Source: Octopus vulgaris | Lineage: Eukaryota | Length of the DNA stretch: 64,000 bases | Assembly (NCBI GenBank): GCA_951406725.2 | Contig: OX597820.1 | Coordinates: 41,726,001-41,790,000, forward strand | Direction: 5' to 3' | Part shown: one piece after another, positions 57,903 through 64,000 of the stretch | How positions within the stretch are numbered: the stretch's first letter is position 1 | How the letters are laid out: each line of letters opens with the position of its first letter | Notes under the pieces: generated by a model | What the model was told of the DNA's origin: nothing | Databases searched by the model: none | What the model saw: only the letters and a program-made list of their open reading frames with translations | Translations under genes and position numbers: made by a program

Positions 57903-57903
<1 letters not shown>
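57603..57903 (+). mobile_element. R4/Dong-type LINE 3' stub (different subfamily) in (TAA)n
   Basis: Reads ADRYLTQIPGNPKMAEIQKIVLVGTAHILRKILSM, has a distinct ~190-nt UTR, and is flanked by TAA arrays. Confidence 0.85.
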
Positions 57904-57949
<46 letters not shown>

Positions 57950-58162
57950 CTTTCTAAAACAGGCACAAGGCCTAAAATGTGGTGGGAGGGGACAAGTCGA
58001 TTACAGCGACTCTAGTGCTTCAGTGGTACTCACTTTATCGACCGGGAAGCGATGAAAGACAGAGTCGAGTTCGGCGGAATTTAAACTCTGAACGTAGCAA
58101 CGAGCGAAGTACCGCTAAGCGTTTCATCCAATGTGCTAACGATTCTGCCAGCTCACTGCCTT
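57950..58162 (-). mobile_element. SINE family B, full length
   Basis: aggcacaaggcct..aagtcgattaca..cggcggaatttaaactc..gctaacgattctgccagctcactgcc. Confidence 0.8.
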
Positions 58163-58229
58163 ACTAATCTTTATATATAAAAGTGAGGTTGTGTGCTGTC
58201 TGTCTCCTACGATTTAGATTCCTAACAAA

Positions 58230-58970
58230 ATTATAGAAAAATAAATCAACAATGTGTAATCCTTTATAGGGAGGAGATGTTCGAGGGCTGCTCATGAAAA
58301 AGTTCATAATAAGCCATGTGTACCCAGACTTTTGGGGCAGGAGCTGTTTTTTCTTTATTTTTTTTTCCAACTACAGACGTGTGTTCAGGGCGGGTCCGTT
58401 CACTTGCACCATTCCTGCCACTTTTATTCATCATTCAGCAATCTTGCTAGGAGACAACACTTCCCTCTCTACCCTTATTTTCCTTTTCAGGGGAAACTTG
58501 AAGAAGTTGATCAAGGATTGGCCAATGAGAAAAGTGTTTAACTTTAGGCTCTTCAATCTCGTCCACCATACAACCTCTTTCACCATATGAACACAGCTTT
58601 TCCTTTCCGGTTAGGGGCGATCTTCACGATGGATTCAGCTGATAGCTGGATCCGTCCCACGCGCGTCAGCAGATGTTCGACATAAACCCATAGGTCAGCA
58701 ATGCTTGGACACTGGACGAGTGTATGCAGGACCGTCTCGTCGTCCTGCGCGCATCTGAGACATGTTCGACTGACGGCACTTCCCGGTCTCTAAAGTTAAT
58801 CTCGAACAGGTAAAGCTTCCCTGTAGCAGTACCAGGCCAGAAACTTTTGGAAATAATCCATCGGTGTCGAGCCGAAAGTTCACTGGAAAAGAGCGAGCAA
58901 CTGATCTTTTTCGACGCCCAAGATCTCCCGAAGAACGTCGTCGCACATTTGCTCCACCAATCCTCCATAA
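58230..58970 (-). mobile_element. L1/Tx1-type LINE 3' fragment (CCHC zinc knuckle and 3' UTR)
   Basis: Minus strand reads RTCLRCAQDDETVLHTLVQCPSIADLWVYVEHLL (Cx2Cx8Hx4C followed by W) within a GC-richer block. Confidence 0.7.
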
Positions 58971-59002
58971 AGAGCTAACGATTCTGCCAGCTCACCGCCT
59001 TC

Positions 59003-59003
59003 G

Positions 59004-59100
<97 letters not shown>

Positions 59101-59119
59101 TAATAACAATAACAATAAC

Positions 59120-59192
<73 letters not shown>
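59003..59192. repeat. (TAA)n array
   Basis: Seen directly. Confidence 0.97.
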
Positions 59193-59194
<2 letters not shown>

Positions 59195-59239
59195 TTATTT
59201 ATTTACCGCAGGCAGCTAAACATAGAGGGGACAAACAAG

Positions 59240-59845
59240 GAGAGATAAAGGGATTAAGTCGATTACATCGATCCCAGTGCGTAACTGGTACTTATTTAAT
59301 CGACCCCGTAAGGATGAAAGGCAAAGTCGACCTCGGTGGAATTTGAACTTAGAACGAAATACTGGCAGACGAAATACCGCTAAGCATTTCTCCCGGCATG
59401 GTAACGCTTCTGCCAGCTCATTGCCAATAATAAAAATAATAATAATAATAATAATCGTTAGATCATCAGAGAAATGTTTTGCGTCATTACTTTTTGCGCT
59501 TTAAAATCTGAGCTGGAAATTCACCCGGGTCGACTTTGCGTTTCATCCTTCCAGTTTCGATAACATAAAGTGCTTGTCAAGAATTTAGATCGTTGTTATC
59601 GACTAACCACAGCCCACAAAAAATGTCTGGCCTTGTGCTACAATTTAAAACTAATTTAGCCGGTCAGAATCGCTGGCAACTTTTCTCGCAGTCGCTTTAC
59701 TTTCTGCGTTCAAATACTACCCAGGACGTCTTTGTCTTTCATTCTCTAAGTGCTGTCTAAATAAAGTACCAGTCTAATACTGAGGATTAATGAGATAGAC
59801 TAACTGCGTTCCCTAAAACGACAGGCCTTGTGTCAATATTTGCAG
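59240..59845. mobile_element. Cluster of three SINE family B copies (minus 59240-59427; plus ~59450-59650; plus ~59660-59845)
   Basis: Core gatgaaaggcaaagtcgacctcgg on minus; gtcgactttgcgtttcatcctt and aagtaccagt..ggccttgtg on plus. Confidence 0.75.
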
Positions 59846-60146
59846 CATGGAAACTTGTAAGGAAAGACTTTTCTCTCTCCCCTGATTTATTTAGCATTCT
59901 CTACTTCTCACACGCGCCCACACTTTCCCTCCCACACCCTCTCGCGCACGCACACTGTCTCCCTCCTTCCGTAGCTCCCTCCCCCCCTCTCTCTCTCTCT
60001 TTCACTTTCTCCATCAACACTCCTTTCATTTCTGTTAGTTCGTTGTTTCTGTTTTACTAGTGGAATGGAAAGATTTGTTTTCACGAAATTTTTGTTTCAT
60101 TAAATTGCAATAATTGAATCGTGTGTCAATTTCTTTGCGTACACAT

Positions 60147-60214
<68 letters not shown>

Positions 60215-61531
60215 GCCTGCGTGTGTTTGTGTTTTGTGTGTGTGTGTAAATGCTCATGTGTATGCATGAATGCATATCTGTTTGTGTATATGTGTGCGTG
60301 TGAGTGCCAGTGCGTGTGAGTGCGAGTGCGTGTGAGTACTTAAGCGTGCGACCGTGTGCATATACTTCCTGTCGTGTGCATAACAAAGACAAGTGATGAA
60401 ACTCTATGATGATGGATAGCCCAGTCCAGCTGCAGTAAATATTTTGTTAACTTTCCATTCGACTCATTTCGATTAGTCGTGTTTGACTTTTGACATCATC
60501 AGTTTATAAATTGATGTCAAAAGCCAAAACACCGATACCACTTCCGCGCACCGGAACCACGGATGGACGCTTTAGTGAAGATTTCATGCGAAATGTTTGT
60601 AAGCATTTTATGTCAAACAAATTTCATGTGGGCCACCAGAACAATTAAAGCTAAATAAACAGAAGATACTTTTCTCTGAGCTTAAAGAGAAATTTAAACC
60701 TGATATACATTGATTTGATCTCGGGAATATATTTTGCAAAGCATTTTGCCTGATTTGTAATGGCGCAGTTAAATTATTCAATCTCGCAAACTATTGTGAA
60801 GTCATTTACAGTCAACTGCGATTTTTATGCATTTCTAGACACAATTAGTGACACTTGTGAAATAAGAGAAAAGTTTGATGGGTACATATTTATTCTAATA
60901 TATTTCCTTAAACTCAGTTTCGAGAAAGTAAAAGCAACGTAATCTTGTGACCACTCTATCTAAAGAAAGGGTCTTGGACCGTATATTTGTAGTGAACCTA
61001 TTTGAATTACATATTTTGAGTGTACATTTTAGTATATTGAATAATGAAGGAAATTGGGCGCCTTGTCTACGAAGAGACCAACAAAGTGAAGCGGTTCATT
61101 AGGAAACTCCATCCACACGTTCTTCTGCACATATGTAGCATTTAAAGAATGTTTATAGCTGTACATATTTTCCCCACCTAGAAGTATTCTAGTGTGGGCA
61201 AACAAAAATATGAGATACTGCCTAGTGTTTTTTATTTTATTTTGATAAGCCTGGTACTTATTCCATCAGTTTCTTCTTGAGAAACCAGCGAACCGCGAAG
61301 TCATTTTATCGATCATGTTTGGCGAAATACTAATGCATTTTATCGATCTAGTTAAGCGAACCGCTACGTCATTTTATCGATATCGTTTGTCGAACTACTA
61401 TGTCAGTCTATTCTATTAGTTTCTTCGTGTGAAACCAGTAAGTTATGGGGATGTAAATAAACGAACAGCAGTTGTGAAGAAGTGATGAGGGTGAAACACA
61501 GAAACAAAGTCACACACATAGACTTAAATAT

Positions 61532-61573
<42 letters not shown>

Positions 61574-61623
61574 GATTGATTTCTTTAAGTTTCTGTCTAC
61601 GAAATCCATATATATATATATAT

Positions 61624-61860
61624 ATCACAATCAAGGAACGGCCATAATAGGCCATTCACCCACTAGAAATAACAGCCAAAGCTTCAACCGCAAAACAACA
61701 TTAATTCCGCAAACCAGGAGAAAATTAAAAAAAAACATTTACCCTGTAGTTCCTTATACGATGCTCCTGGTTTGCGGAATTAATGTTGTTTTGCGGTTGA
61801 AGCTTTGGCTGTTATTTCTAGTGGGTGAATGGCCTATTATGGCCGTTCCTTGATTGTGAT
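61624..61860. repeat. Perfect 97-bp inverted repeat with 43-nt spacer
   Basis: 61624-61720 is the exact reverse complement of 61764-61860. Confidence 0.92.
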
Positions 61861-61955
61861 GTTGAATTTATAAATGGTCTATGACTATTTAATTTTTTCC
61901 CACTAGGCCGCTGGTGGCAAAAAAATTCTACGAAATTTTTTGCCACCCTATATTG

Positions 61956-62002
<47 letters not shown>

Positions 62003-62084
62003 TTATATGTATACACACACACACACAAAGATAAATTGTGTGGGCAAACAAATATATGAGATACTGCCTAGTGTTTTTTTTTAT

Positions 62085-62400
62085 TTTGAGAAGCCTGGTA
62101 CTTATTCTATCAGTTTCTTCTTGTGAAGCCAGTAAGTTATGGGGGTGTAAATAAACGAACACCAGTTGTGAGGCAGTGATGAGGGAGAAACACAAAGACA
62201 CACACACACAGACTAACATATATACATATATATACGATTGATTTCTTTCAGTTTCTGTCTACAAAATCCACTGACAAATCTTTGATTTGTCTGAGGCTAT
62301 AGCAGAAGACACATACCAAGTCACCACTCAGTGGGACTGAACCCAGTACCATGTGTTTTGGAACGAAGTTTGTTACCACACAGCCACACATTTGCACCTA
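62085..62400 (-). mobile_element. SINE family A (partial duplicate at 61240-61610)
   Basis: aagcctggtacttattctatcag..ccagttgtgaggcagtg..ttctttcagtttctgtctac..agtgggactgaaccc..ttaccacacagccac. Confidence 0.8.
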
Positions 62401-62649
62401 TGTATGTGTGTATGTGTGTGCGTGTATGTATGTATGGGTGAATATTTATATGCATGTATATATGTGTATATATTACATGTACATCTACATATATATACAT
62501 CTACACATATACATGTATACATATACATCTATATGTATCGAAATAAATGTATACATATACAGCTATACACACATACACACACACATACATAAGTGCAGGT
62601 GTGGCTGTGTGGTAACAAATTTCGTTCCAAAACATATGGTCCTGGGTTT

Positions 62650-63220
62650 AAACATAAATTTAAAATAATAAGGGTGAGAAATTGAATATTAATTTGATTA
62701 ATATGAATTGAAAACCAGTGGTGTAGCATATAAGACCATAGCGGATCTTCTTCTAGCAAAATGGATGTTCACTGTTAATGGTTCATCCCTCTTATATAAT
62801 AGTTTGACTTTAATAGTTTCAGTATTAAAGTGAAAATATCTGACATTACAATAGAGAGATGTTTTTGTTTCACTTTTAACACGTAATACTGAAATATTGG
62901 AGAAGATATGATATTGCTGTGGGCTTTTTCCCCATGACACTTTCCCCATGACTTTTTCCCCATGACACTCCCTGGACCCTAAGTAAGGCATGTGTAACAT
63001 TTGAATGAAATTGGTTGAGTAGTTCTCAAGTTTTAGGGATACATAGTGGAGAATACATGATATTACTGTGGGCTCGCCCTACGCAAGAAGTTAGAAATGT
63101 TTTTGCCCATGACACTACATGGACTCTAAGTAAGGCATGTGTAAAATTTGAATGAGATTGGTTGAGTAGTTCTCAAGTTTTAGGGATGCACGCAGACAGA
63201 CAGACAGACACACATTCTCA

Positions 63221-63235
<15 letters not shown>
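62650..63235 (-). mobile_element. Helitron-like non-autonomous element 5' region with an internal ~145-bp duplication
   Basis: Minus strand begins tatatataaaactgagaatgtgtgtctgtctgtctg, as does the + fragment at 58167-58225; atccctaaaacttgagaactactcaaccaat..gtgtcatggg occurs twice. No 3' CTAG or hairpin was found. Confidence 0.5.
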
Positions 63236-63276
<41 letters not shown>

Positions 63277-64000
63277 CATACATATACATACATACATATA
63301 TACACGCATACGCACTGAAAATCCCGTTGAGATATATATTTGTATATTCGTGTGTTCGCGTGTGCAAGTGAATGTACCAACATGCGTGTGTGAGTTTTCG
63401 TTTACATGAAGATATACCGTTGTCTTGGTCTAGCACAAGATCTATGAAATAGTGTAAAAGACAATAATACATTTCTTGGTGTTGGCAGTGAATAATAAGC
63501 ATTCTCACTGAGATGACATTTTCCATAATGTCTTTAGCGACACCTGCCGATAGAATTCTTGCTTCTGACGCCAATAGGACATTAGATGAGTGATTCTAAA
63601 GGGAAGAAGTCTTTGCAACTTCATCAAATATTTAGGAAGAAGACCTAATTAACAGTATTTACCACAGAGTAATGGCAGATAAATCACTGACTTAACGCCT
63701 TTATTTACGTTCTCCTCGCCTATCAACACAGCTATTATCAACCTTACAACTGATATCATTATCACCATCAAAATTTTCAGCAAAACAACGACCGCTACTT
63801 TCTCCAGCCTATTACAACAACACATAACAGACTATTCCACACTTTCACAATTCAACGAGAGGCATTGAGACATATTTAATGTAATTATATATTCATATAC
63901 ATTTATATTTATTTGTAATTGTATGTGCTCATATGTTTGAACATCTATGCCCAATTACATCTATTTATGAATACATACATATGTATGTGGCAGGGATCAT

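Noticed and set aside
61288-61430. ~33-bp periodic repeats as a CRISPR array
   Set aside because: No unique spacers, no cas genes, eukaryotic context, and the units derive from a SINE.

Overview
AT-rich, microsatellite-saturated eukaryotic intergenic or intronic DNA. A cephalopod such as Octopus is inferred from my recollection of the two dominant tRNA-derived SINE families; this was not confirmed by search. I found no intact host protein-coding gene, and nearly all ORF-track entries are translations of (TA)n, (CA)n, (TATG)n or (TAA)n. The real coding signal comes from transposable elements: a young 5'-truncated R4/Dong-type RLE LINE (35484-37895) inside a (TAA)n array, four shorter RLE 3' ends, a full-length Tc1-superfamily transposon with DD36E spacing, mariner, hAT, CR1, Jockey-like and Tx1/L1 fragments, a Penelope GIY-YIG 3' end and a Helitron-like element. 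The most notable signals are small Penelope/retrozyme-like repeats with minimal hammerhead ribozyme folds (one with a U3-A8 covariant core), a repeated tail-to-tail arrangement of RLE LINEs in SINE tails, several fold-back inverted repeats and two pre-miRNA-like hairpins. All translations and folds were done by eye, so coordinates of degraded elements are approximate.
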